Shown one piece after another: positions 1-12,700 of a stretch of 64,000 bases of DNA (the first letter of the stretch is position 1; each line of letters starts with the position of its first letter). A program made the position numbers and the translations under genes. The notes beneath the pieces are model-generated. The model worked only from the letters and a program-made list of their open reading frames with translations. It did not search any database and was not told where the DNA came from. This stretch comes from Antedon mediterranea (taxonomy: Eukaryota; Animalia; Echinodermata): the NCBI RefSeq assembly GCF_964355755.1, contig NC_092678.1:11654352-11718351 (forward strand). The letters are read 5' to 3'.

Positions 1-47
1 ATTCGTGCACCAGCTTGCTGTATGAGTACCATACACGCGTCAATGTG

Positions 48-103
48 TTTATTTTTCAGGTGAAAATAGGTAATTCATTTGCAACTCTTTATTTACAGAC
101 ACG
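48..103 (+). repeat. Dispersed repeat fragment (second copy ~12208-12266)
   Basis: TTTATTTTTCAGGTGAAAAT(A/C)GGTAATTCATTTGCAACTC...TTTACAGACACGTA occurs at both places. Confidence 0.7.
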
Positions 104-229
104 TATCCCTCGACGTTGATCGTTGTAACAGTAACAGTATGTCTTTTCTTTTGTTTAATCTCGGCGACAATTACAACTGAATGAAGAGAAAATATGAAAT
201 TTCGGGCGACGGCAAAGTTATAACATTTC

Positions 230-510
230 ATGCAGTACGCGCATTCTAGGGGCTGGAACAGTAAAGGTTTCTCTTCTGCAATCCCAGCATTTTGTTTGCT
301 TTGTTAGTAATTTGGTTATATGGGTTGACCATTTTAAAGCATGACTGAGTTCAACACCTAGGTAAGGATGATGTTTTACCTCTTCAAGTGTGGAATTACC
401 CACTTGGTATCTATTTATGATCGGTTTCTTATGTGTAGCTCTCATGGAAAGGCATTTAGCAGGATTGAAGGACATTTGCCAATCTTTTTCCCATTTCTTC
501 AAAAGCATTC
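230..510 (-). mobile_element. Decayed non-LTR retrotransposon (L2/CR1/Jockey-group) fragment, region C-terminal to the RT core
   Basis: KWEKDWQMSFNPAKC...HPYLGVELSHALKWSTHI, then a frameshift to ITNKANKMLGLQKRNL and a stop; typical LINE ORF2 thumb-region motifs. Confidence 0.8.
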
Positions 511-1712
511 AAGTCTGACTAAGAAACTGACTGAGAAATCAGACTATGGCCTAAATTTATTTAGTAAACTTTTTTTAAACTTTTGGCAAAACAATATTTT
601 TGCTAGCGTAAGTAGGGTGCTAAGAAACATGAAAATGTTTTTGAATATGGTCTATATCATTTGTGTACATTGTTTATTTTTTTTATTCCTGAACATTATA
701 ATCAATATAAGATGGTGCCATATATGGACAGATACCTGCTAACTGTATTTATTACTAAATAAGTAGGCTATATTTTGAATTAATTTGCTAGCCCTCACAG
801 TATGTTGAGTTATATTTAAAAAGAAAACGTGTATTGGTGATCAAGTGTAACATGTATTGGTGATCAAGTGTAACATTAATAGGTTTTTAAAAATGTATGT
901 AAGCTATGTAATTAAGCATTGGCTATCATAATGTCATAATCTGTAGAAACACTCAAGTTTCAAGCAAGGAAAAGTAGAAACAATGTGGTTTTTGTAGTTG
1001 CCTGGCCCTAAAATGCCAGACAATTAAACATCTCATTATTATGCATTAGCAAAAGATTGTGACAGTGTGATAATCAGAAAAATTAACCATTTACATTTTT
1101 ATATCAGACCAATTAACTGCTAATACTATCACAATAGTAATTAGTTATCCGATTGAATATATATACTTTTTAATGAAATAATTGTATATTTGTGTGTAAA
1201 ACAACTATGTGATAAAAATACATTTTGCACATCAATTCTGCAATTACATTTTAGAACTTGATCAATTGTTAGGTAGTTGCATTAGCTTATAGGCCTATAG
1301 ACAAATATTTTGGAAATCATCTGTGAAATTAATGTTATATTATTTAATATATATCTAAATAGATTACATGTTAAAGGAGTTTACATAGCATTACTTGAAT
1401 GCCTTTGAGCCTGCTATAAATGAGCCCATGACAACATGATTCAAAAGTATTGCTATGTGAATTAATATAATGATCAATCGAAGATACATTATATAACCTA
1501 TCGTTACAAAGTTTTGTAATTTTAGACTTAAGTTTGAATATCAATAATGAATATTTTGTTAAGGTTATGTAGTTCATTACAAATGAAACCACAAATAGTA
1601 AGTATTTTTTGCATCTGTGTCTAAACTAGATATATATATCGAACTTGGGGAATTACTATTCATTTTGATCTTTGGAGAATACAATGCCCATTTCATCACT
1701 AAGTCCTGTACT

Positions 1713-1856
1713 ATCACACAGTACTATTACTGTCATGGTTATCACACATTCTAGTACTAGTACTGTCATGGTTATCACACATTCTAGTACTAGTACTGTC
1801 ATGGTTATCACACATTCTAGTACTAGTACTGTCATGGTTATCACACATTCTAGTAC
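1713..1856. repeat. 33-bp tandem repeat, ~4.4 copies
   Basis: Unit TACTAGTACTGTCATGGTTATCACACATTCTAG; it generates the ORFs at 1656-1868 and 1672-1914. Confidence 0.9.
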
Positions 1857-4800
1857 CATTTCACACATCCTATACTACTGCACTACTGTCAAGGTAATAT
1901 CACACACGTCCTAGACGCAGAGTCCGGACACATTTCATGAGAGCAGTAACTAAGGTACTTAGGTTAAAACGGCACGGTCGGTACTGGCACCTATCACAGT
2001 ACTTTCATGAAATTATCCATGGAGTAAAGAATAAGAGGAGGCACAACACGGCCTAGCTATCCAGTTAATCCAATTAGTATCACGCGGTAGTGCTTAAGCA
2101 TAGGGTAATAAACTTCCCATAACGATCCTTTGAAGAACATCCTGTTTACCCGTGCAGCTCGCTGCAGAGTCGGCTCTGATTACGTAACACCCTAATTAAG
2201 GAAGAAGCCAGGCATGACATCGGTGACAAAAAAAGTAAACAGAGGCTGCGCAGTAGTTTCTAATACATCATAGTGAAGCATGACCTTTGTGCAGTTGTTC
2301 ATTGTTCTTTGAGCTTTTTTCTCGAAAAAACCGTTTAAAAATCGAGTAAATTTTCACGGAGATATCGCAGTTTTTATACCAGCTAACAAATTAATCATAT
2401 TTTTTATCAAGCCATAGACGTAAAATTATATAATTTGTTCTCATGAATATTCAAAAATATACGTATATTAGAATTCCAACGACACAATTTCTTATTTTTA
2501 TTACTGTATATGACATTTAATTTATGTTTCAGTCTATATTATGACCGTTTAGCAAAACTAAAATTCTTCTATTTTAGTCGGATATTGTATAATTAAATTA
2601 TTTATGATATTAATATCATAAAATATATGATTTTTACGATCACATACTTAGAGTTCAGTGAAATTGTAGGACTTAAATTATATATCGTTTAACGATTTGT
2701 GGCTACACATAGGCCTACTACATAGTAGTTCGTAATATACTATTATTTAATAAATAGCCTAAATAAGGATAATATTTAATCCCATAATGATGGACATATT
2801 TAGTGCATACCGTAACCGGTAGGCCTAATAGGTTCAGGCATAGGCGCGCCTATAGTAACAATAAACAATATCAATAATAATAATAGGTTTTTTTATGTAG
2901 GTCTATATTAATATATTAATAATTGTAATAACGTTAGAAAACAAATAGTAGTAATATTTTATTAAAGAAGAGATTAATCAATTAGTTTTAGTTTTCGGTT
3001 GGTCGTTATTATATAATATGGTATAAAATGGTACGGTACTACGAGAATATTCGTTTAGTATCAACCCATAACAACAACTACAAATTATATGTGTTGGTTA
3101 AAAATTCAATTACAAATATAGTCTATGCTCTTTTGTAATTATAAGCCATTGTTTAAAAGGATTATGTACAGTTCGGTACATAGCGGTTAATCGTAAAATT
3201 AAAAAATCGGACATACGAACAATAGATCGCCAACATTATTCGTACCCTTTTGCTGTATTGCGTACGTCGATCACGACTGACGCGGCTGTAAACTTCGCCT
3301 GGAAAGTAACTAAGTACACATTCTGGTCCCTGGATGGAACATGATATCACACGTAAACCGCAATGGAGCAGGTCCAATGTTAAACAATTCGTACAAAGGG
3401 GAACCGCCAGACAAGTGCGTACCTATTCATTGTTTATTAGATCGCTGGCAATAATGTATGCAAAGTGCAATAGCTCTCCGCGCTCCACCAACGTACTAAA
3501 AAAAATGGAACGTCGCGGTTTTTCTAGGCGCTGAAGTTATACGAAGTGAACGTGAATGATTTTTACTGTATATTATATTCCCCGACGAAAAGTACTCGCG
3601 TTTCCCAGAGGGGAAGGGGGGGGGTGGGCGAGACGACGAGGGGATACAGCCCCCGTAACCCCCCGCTGGCACCTTATTAAACCCATTAATTCATCATGAT
3701 TCATGATAAGTTGTCTGGAGAAATTACCAACATTTAGTACACAGTAAACCATATAAATATAATTCCTTTATTGGTGCCGTATAAAACTCGTATTATTAAT
3801 TTATTAATAAAAGATATATATCCAGTAGAATATATATATAGCGCTGCTTTTTATAAACATTAATAAACAAGGTCGGAATACAAGTTCAGTAGGTCTACAA
3901 ACAGTATAGTACACCTTTCACGCTTGAACGCACATCGCCTAGCAAGAGTATTGTGACGTCCTAATACGCATGTGTACTAACACCAAAATTGACCGCGGGC
4001 AGTAAACATTGTACTCTTTGCTAATTGGGTTACGTAACGGCAGTGTTTAGCACCTATTAAATACTCATTACAAGCATAGCCTTAAGCAAGCGGTAAACAC
4101 GATGAACTGACTGAACTATTCAAGTTGTGTCTCCTCTTATTCTTTACTCCATGAATTATCGCTCTACTGTCATATTGACAGTTTTTAACAACATGAAGAC
4201 TTTGATGTTTTGCATATGAATAAAACTCATCTTCATTCGCACAACGACCTGTGAATATGGGAAATGGGCATAATATGAAAAGTAATCATTTCTAGTGCCA
4301 AGTGAAGAAATTAATAACATATTATAATTGCCTATTATGACATTGACATGAGAACTGAGGCTGAAATTCATCAGAATGTGTATGTTAAGCTCTATTTTGA
4401 TTCTGATACATAAGAGAATTAATAAACATTTTATTTTTACAACAAAACATTATTATTGTTTATAAAAAATATTGTGATAAAACAAATTAGCATCAATGAA
4501 AAATGTTACCGAAGAAGAGTATCGTAACATGGAAGAATCATTACATTCCTGCAAAATGATTAAGAAAACAAATGGTAAATCTAAAGTTATGTTTTTAATT
4601 TAAAAGCCAAACAATAAGAAACCTATTTATTACCCAATATGCATGATTAAACAAATTCTAGCTAGGCCTAGTATCTAGGCCCAAGGTATTCCATGATTTG
4701 TTTATACGAGCGACGTATGTTGCATGCGGGACATATGCATTGGGTTCTGCACTTCCAGTTGAAACAAAAGTACATTGTGCAACTGTTGGCTGAATTACAC

Positions 4801-5424
4801 TGTTATGTAACGTTAATGTTGACACGCTTCTACAAAAACTCCCTATTATCACAAATGGTCAACTTGAGTTAACCTTATTTTTGTATTGTTTGTTTTTCTT
4901 ATAAAGTTATGTATAAACAAAATGTTATAAAAACTGCTGTCATATTTGCTGCCATTCTTCCGCATCCTTTCACATTCAAGTGATATTCTAAGTACTTATT
5001 GATATTTGTTTTTGGATCAAATAAATAGTTCTGACTCCCTTACTTTTACTTTACAAAAATGGCCTGCGAAAATATCTGTAATATATATCAAAATAATTGT
5101 ATAAACTATGAACATCGGAGTACACAAGTAGATGTAGTTTTAATTGAGATATTAAGTGTGTAGTAGACTACACGATTCAGTAACTTTTTTGTTGGTCCGG
5201 TGGGGTTTGCTGTTTTTTGGAGGTTTGTAGGGTTTAGCAATTACTTTTTAACCAAAAAATAATGTTTTACCACAAAAATAAGTAGTCGACAACAAAAATG
5301 TACACTTTTTAAATTAATTTTGTAGTACACTACACAATCCAGTAACTTTTAAGTTGGTTCAATAGGGTTTGATATGTTTTTTTTGGAACTTTGATGTGTT
5401 TAGAAATACCTTGAATCAGCTATA

Positions 5425-5640
5425 TTTACATAAGAGGATATTTCAGTAAATCGCACCTAACTTTTAGAATTTTTATACTTTTGGTACTGATTTTTAACAC
5501 CTAGTGAAAATCAGTATACTAATTAACTTTTTAACGAATTTAGATTAGATGTGCCCTGAATTTTCAAATGTATAGTTACACACTGTATGTATGGTTCACG
5601 CTGAAACATACCACACACAATAATACAAGGATGCTTTGCT
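5425..5640 (+). repeat. Dispersed repeat (related copy ~59384-59580)
   Basis: Shared blocks GGTACTGATTTT-AACACC and CACTGT..ATGG..CA(C/T)GCTGAAA..ATACC..CACACAA..ATAC.A.GATGCTT; true ends not resolved. Confidence 0.55.
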
Positions 5641-6477
5641 GCTCTGTTTACAAGAATTGTTTTTAATTTCTGAATCTCGGTACACAAATCGCTTACAACA
5701 TTGTAATGGTAAACTATTAAAAAAAGTTATAAAAAATACTATTTTACTTTACTGTATTGGTTGACGGCTATGAATGGAACATTGCAAACTCTTTCCAAGT
5801 GTCAATTTACTCAGTGACAAGTACTCACGACAGAAATTTGATCCAGTTTTTTTTTATCTGTGACTACAGTTGATAAAAAAATGTTTAACTTAATTAGTCT
5901 ATTAGTTTTAAAGGATATTAACACTGCAACAGTTGAATAAAGAATTGTTTCAAAAAAACCTAGCACAATAAGAGGTCTGTCAACTATAGGTAATTTGTTA
6001 CAGAATAAGAGGTAGCATGTTGATCGCTGAATGTCTTACCGTGTGGTACTGATACTGTATAAATACAAAGTAAAATCAACTGTATTTCCTCAGTTCCATC
6101 AAATTCCCGTAGCTAAGTCCAGTCCAGATCAATTATTGTTCATTTTGGTTTATAGTATTATTTATTATTTTTTTGGTTAGTTTCCCAAAATTGTCCCTTA
6201 ATAGGGCTCTAGTAGTAGTAATTGGAGGAACAGTATCATGTAGTGTGGCAAAGTTTTACACTGAGTCTAAAGTTAGGTTCACGCTATAATCTGTTGTCAA
6301 GCGTGAACGACTTAAAGATAGTTTGTCTCAGTATCGCATCGCTCTGTACAGCAACCTACTGAGAACCAGATGATATACAGGATCAGCAACCACTAATTCA
6401 ATCTCTGGCATCATATGTGACAAATTATCCCTATTACAGAAATTTGAAGGAATTAAAATGTAGACTTCATAGTTTAC

Positions 6478-6729
6478 CTGAATAACTGCCATAATCCAAA
6501 AGGCATATCTAACATGGGTTTTATGTTGAGCCTCCTCTAATGTAGCTATTGTTGTATTTGGTGCCTGGGTCACTGCATATCCTGCGGTTACTGTTTGCCG
6601 TTCAAACCGGTCAGTCTCATTTGCTTCTGTTTTGTTTTCTATCAAGTTTGTACAATCTTCATTCAGAAGGAACGGTTCAGCTACAATAGGGCTGATAAAA
6701 GCTCCAAGACCATAACAAAAATGTAAAGC
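6478..6729 (-). CDS. MFSD4A: MFSD4A-like coding exon 3 (ALHFCYGLG...AFWIMAVIQ)
   Basis: Acceptor tttaaag|GCT; donor CAG|GTAAAC; 252 nt; loop with N-x-T sequons NKT, NET and NTT. Confidence 0.92.
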
Positions 6730-9700
6730 CTTTAAAACAACAAAAACAAAAATTCAATAAAATTGGTGTCTGACTATTGTTATCAAGCATACAAGCCACA
6801 AATTCAGCCTTTTTATATAATAATACTTAATATCTAAATATTAAATACATACACAATACAATGTATTGGATATTTCAGATGAACAATAACTCCTTACAAA
6901 CATATGTTACCAAATAAACAACATTCATAATTTGTATTTATGATAATCAGGTAACTCCACATATGAATGCTGTGAAATTGGCTGCAGGTTTTGGGTTTTG
7001 CATTTTTAAAGGCCCTGTTTCTGCTGCCAATCCCAAATATACCGTATAAATATACCGTATAAATATACCATATAAATATACCGTATATGAAATTCGTGCA
7101 CCATTTCCGCTGCACATACTTCGTGGGTGGGCTGTAAAAAAGTTGGCTTTCATTACCCAAAATGCATTTCGTGAGACGGAAGTATGGATTGACCTAGAGT
7201 CTCGTGTAGTGAGGTTACATGACAAAAACAAAACAATGATGGTTTCTCAAAACGTCGTAGCATTGCTTTCTATTTTAAATCTAATGAGCAGAAGTGGCAA
7301 CGAATTTACACCGCACAAACAATCTAGAAATGTAGAATGGGCATTGACTAGATTTATGCAAAGAAGACGACGGCGTTTGCCAATAATAAATTCTGCTTTT
7401 ATTTTGTTTGAGATACTTTTGTAAATCTCGGTATCTCTTCTATTACCATGCAGTCTCCCCCCAACCTTCGCTTCTCCCCACAATTGAATTGCAAAAATAG
7501 TTATTTCTTCAGTCCACAGTGATATTTTGATCTGTTGCTTGCTTATACACGTGTGTGTCAATGCAGCAGAAAAACCAAACAAACGCGTCACGCTCTGTTA
7601 GTTTTTGACCTCGTGTCATGGGCCGGGTCACATATACGGTATATTTTGAGTGCAGCAGAAACGGGATACGAAATATGAATATACCGTATAATATCCACAA
7701 ACGATGGGGATATTTATGCGGTATATATACCGCATATATATATACGGTATATTTTTTATGAGACCCATTTCTGCTGCCAAAAAATATATCGTATATAAAA
7801 TATACCGTATATACACGGTATATTTTTGGCAGCAGAAACAGGGCCAAACAGATAACTTTATGTTGTTAATTGATAAAACAAGAGTTTGAAACCGGCAATG
7901 TAGCACTTTATAACATGTAATCTTACTGTGATTTGTACGGTATAAATACCTAAAGACGATGTAGCAAAGCACTTGAAAATTATTTTTTTTTCAATCTTTA
8001 GTTTTTATTTCATATATATTTTTATGTGGAAATTCAATATGATTTACTTACCTGTAAAAATGGAGACACCAACTTGCCATATATTTTTAGAAGTGATACG
8101 TTAGCGACTGTATCTATAATACCCATGAATATTCCCATTATAGCAAGAACCACAGCCAACATCCACAGCTCATGGCATAAAGGAATTAAAGCTATTGTTA
8201 CACTGATCATTATCACTGAAATAAACAACAGTGGATCCGGATTTAATCTGAAAAGATAATAATAATAATTATTAGTAAAATACTTTCAGAAAAAAAATTG
8301 TAATATTAAACCAATTACTGTAAATAGTATGTAAACAACAAGCGAGTTAGGTGGCCAAGTGCTTAAGACAGTAGAGCCGTCGTACATAGCCATAACACCG
8401 GCAAGGTTTTAAGGCTCACTCGCTCAATGGTTCTGGTGGTAGAACAAGTCTTCTCGGATAAGGACTATAAACCGTAGGTTCAGTTGACACATCTAGCTCA
8501 TTTAAAGAACTAGTACATCATTTGAGATGATTAAGGGGTTACCACGTTGTGCTAGTACTCATCATAACTGGTCCTCTGCAGCCTGCCTTTGAATAACGAA
8601 GTTATCCAGTATAAAAAATGAATAAAAATAACTGGATATAATCTTGCGTTGCGACTCTGCACCGCTTTTGTGATGCCAGGCCTCAAATAATAATAACTGA
8701 GTACAATCTTGACGGCAAAATTGACTTGTAAGCACGGTTGAGAAATTAAAAATAATTCAGGGCATTTTGAGCATTTCAAAATCTGTCAAGGTTTGTGCAT
8801 GTGCACAACACGTAGACATGTACAAAGAAGATGTTTGTGCCAGATTTTTGTTTTATAAACCATGTATGATAAGTTTCATGACCCTAATGTGAAATAGCGA
8901 CACACGTGCACATATAACTTTAAAAGATCACATATAAATTCCAATGGCGAAAACGTGTATCTACGTTCATGGCTAAAATCATGATTTTTAAAATAACTTC
9001 AAGTCATATAATAGCAGTTCATTTCAAAGAAAATATTTCAACATGTTACATTTTGCAGTTAAAATTCTAGTTAAAAAATGTGATTATCCATTACATAACA
9101 AATTTATTACATTTTAAGAATTATTTAAGTACCTTTTAATTTATATTTTGGTAGTGTACGATGTTTAATTGTTTTTTGTTTGTTTTTAAGAGCTTTAAAC
9201 AATTTCTTACAGTAAATATATCTTATATACCATAATATAAATAAAAGTTTAATATATATTTACTTGTATAAAAATAATAATGATCCATGTTTATATCAAA
9301 AGCTTAAGTGCTAAGATTAAAAAAACACATGTTATTCATTTCGTTTCTGTTCAATAATAGATTGCTAATACAGTATTCAACTATTTTGCTTTTTATAGCT
9401 TTAGTGTTACATTTATGTAGTGCTCCTCCTCGTTTGTTTTACAAGATATTTTCGCCTCTATAGGGGTATCCCAAATGATTCTACTGTAATTAATTTTATG
9501 TTAACTAAATAATATATCTTGTTTGAAGGTTTGCATGGCGAAGATAAGATAAAATAATATTTAGTAAAAACATAGTAACTTGTATTGAACTATAAAGCTG
9601 TTTGTATCTTGTATCTTATCTTTAGAGTGAAGTTATGGATTTGTGTGTCTTGAAGAATACTGTCCATTAAACATGGTGGAAAACAGAGACAGTGAAATTA

Positions 9701-12700
9701 ATTTATTATCATTTTGTAAACAAACAGAGGGAATAGTAAACCAAGACGCTAGATGACGTCACTGAAATAACTGAGTAGGGTTGTATACAGTAATTTTAAA
9801 CAAAACAAATCTTCCTATGTTGTGTATGCGATGTTGAAAAAGTAAGGCAGTTCAAAAACCATTATTATACAAAATAGCAGTATTTTTACAATCTTCATGT
9901 AGAATAGGAAAATCTGAACATTTCATTTAAAGTATTCAATTATACATGTTTGCCTGCTTACCTTAATGGGCAATTTTAGCTAGGCCTACTTGTTTATTAG
10001 CATCTCTTTATCTCATTATTTGTAATCATATCAAATTTAATTCTGCATCATTAACTACCATTGAAAACTACTATTGAAAACTACTATTGAAAACTACTAT
10101 TGAAAACTACTATTGAAAAAATAAATAAATAACGTTTTCTGTAAACATTTTGAGAATGTTTGCTATGTGACATTGTTGACTATCACGTTTGGAAACCAAC
10201 TTGTTGTGCATGCTGTCTATTACGATGATACTGCATGTTTATATAGTTGGAGAACTTTATTTTAATGACCTAGCTTCCCGACCTAATATTCGTCAATATT
10301 TACAATGGTTAAATTGAATAAAATTGAAAAAAATATAAAACAAATAATTTAATATTTGTATTCATTGAATGGAAAAATTCAATATATCTCTGTGTAGAAA
10401 TATCCTTATTCTACTACTACTGTGTCAAACACTATCTTTAATCAAATCTAAATCTAACTGGCCTTGTGATAATGACCATATTGGTTATTAGCAAATATGG
10501 ACAGATAAAAGCTGTTGGCAAGGTCACTAAATTGCATTAAATTATTTTTTAAAAATTGCATTTTTATGTTCAATTAAGTGATTCAACATATGTTTTTCTT
10601 CATATGATTATAAAATATAAAATACAATTACAGTATTTGACAGTAAATTGTGTATCTTGTGTGGGAACCGTCTTCAATTGTTTGATTGTTCTTCACACAA
10701 AGTCAACGGAAGGTAAACAGTAAAGAGTGTTTAGCTTTTTGGATCGCGTCAGTACGCTATATTATAATTATTTAGTTACTAGATTGCATGATATGTACTT
10801 TCTGAAATGTTTAACTTGGTGGTTGGAACGTTCAGCGGTAATTTATTCTCTTAATTAACAATAGGCTTACTACACCAGAAGTTATACACAGATAATTAAT
10901 AAAACAGTATTAATACTGATAATAAAAAATACTGATTATAAAAAATAATACTTTAAGTGACACATATGGACACAGATTGGTTTCATTGTTTCGCCCGCTT
11001 TACTGGGACATTCATTTACTTTGCATTGCCATGTCCAAGCCTCCTTACCACACATCACTCACATCCATGACTTATGAAAAAATCTTTTGATACTGCATTT
11101 ACCAAAACTAATATAAATGACATTATTTTTATTGATGATGACACATAAGGAGATTAGATATTGAAGTGTTTACTTGAAATGCATGATAACATTATGATTG
11201 GTAAAAGCTAACAATATTTTTTTCTAGAAATCTGAATGTTACAAAATGACATTCAATATAGTCACAGGCTTTTTATTTTATGCAAATTATATCATATCAT
11301 CTCCTCAATAAAGCAGGAGTTTTTATTATCACAAAATAAATGTTTAAACTATTCCTTCAATATCACATGATGTAATTATATTCTATTTTTTAGGTTTTTG
11401 TTAACTATGATTAACCCTGTGAAGCATTGGCCAATATCCCATACGTGGTATGACTTTTTGAGGTCACTGAAATGCAGTATTTGTAACCATTTTGGATATG
11501 CTTGTATAAAGAATCCTTTGGTCACCAGAAAGTTGTGTACTGAACGTGAGATGGGTAGCCTGTCATGATAATTGGTCGGAAAAGACACTTCTCATGCAGC
11601 ATGCTACCAATGAGTAAAACATCATACTTTTTTCCTTCTCCTCACACACATGGACTATTTAAAGGACAATAACATTTTGTTGCCGTATGTTAGATGCGCA
11701 TGCTCTGTGCGGAACTACCTATTGTTTTTCAGTAAATGGATTGCGTTCAATTTCAATGTGAACGTACGTCTAGGGAAAGCCTGAAAAAAGGCACAATTTG
11801 GGTGAGAAGTCAAATTCAATACTTATGCTCTATATCTATTTACAGCAATTTGTTAAGGAAATTATATATATCAATGTAAATAGGTGATATTGAGTTAAAA
11901 TCATCAGATGCTATAATGTAAACTACAGTACATGATACCATAGTGTAATATATTAATATTCACTATAATTCTCTATGATGATAATATACTTCATAGCCAC
12001 ACATAAATACTGTAGGTAACTGCAGCGTTCCATTTTCTAATGTAAATCGGAAGGCTATATACTTTATGCATGGTGACTGCCAGTGATTTAAACAATAGGT
12101 ACGCGGGTGTCTGACGGTGTACTTTGTATAAATCGTTCGTAGCCTAGCTCACTGTAGTGCAGTATTTATGTCAATATCATGTTACATCCAAGGACAAAAA
12201 ATTCAGATTTATTTTTCAGGTGAAAATCGGTAATTCATTTGCAACTCCTAAATTTACAGACACGTACGCTCATACAGGGAAGAAAGTATGAGTTATTCAT
12301 GAACGAGTTTACAAATTTTTCAATTTACAAATAACCTTTTGTACTGTAAGGCACATACAGTATTTGGAGGATTATCAGAGATGAGGTGAGGATATTGGGC
12401 ATGTGAGGGATGTAGGTTCGCAGTCAGTTAAAGGGGGTTCGCTGTAAAGGGGATCAGGTTTGCTAGAACCATAAAAACTGGCCTGTAGTTATGGGTCTTC
12501 AGTCTATCTTGTATTGATCCATCTCTATTGCCCATCCATTCCACAGGCTAGTTTTTAGCCTGAATGTGAATGGCTCTTGGCTTAAAAAGACATGATTGTA
12601 GTCCCTATGTTTAATAAATACAAGGTGCAATATATATATATTTCTCTTATAAAAAGTAATGGTAATTAAAGTAATGGTTATTAGTTGATAGTTTGTAGCC

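Noticed and set aside
1656-1914. Overlapping ORFs, including an MGIVFSK myristoylation-like start at 1691
   Set aside because: Both ORFs are products of the 33-bp repeat. MGIVFSKDQNE stops after 11 codons, and the only nearby donor (TA|GTAATT) is weak and out of phase with MFSD4A intron 3.
2203-2217. GAAGCCAGGCATG shared with 45567-45579 in the Kolobok-like element
   Set aside because: The match does not extend on either side; too short to claim homology.
6894-7972. Cluster of Tyr/Ile-rich ORFs
   Set aside because: They arise from the (TATACCGTATA)n repeats of the MITE; no recognisable domain.
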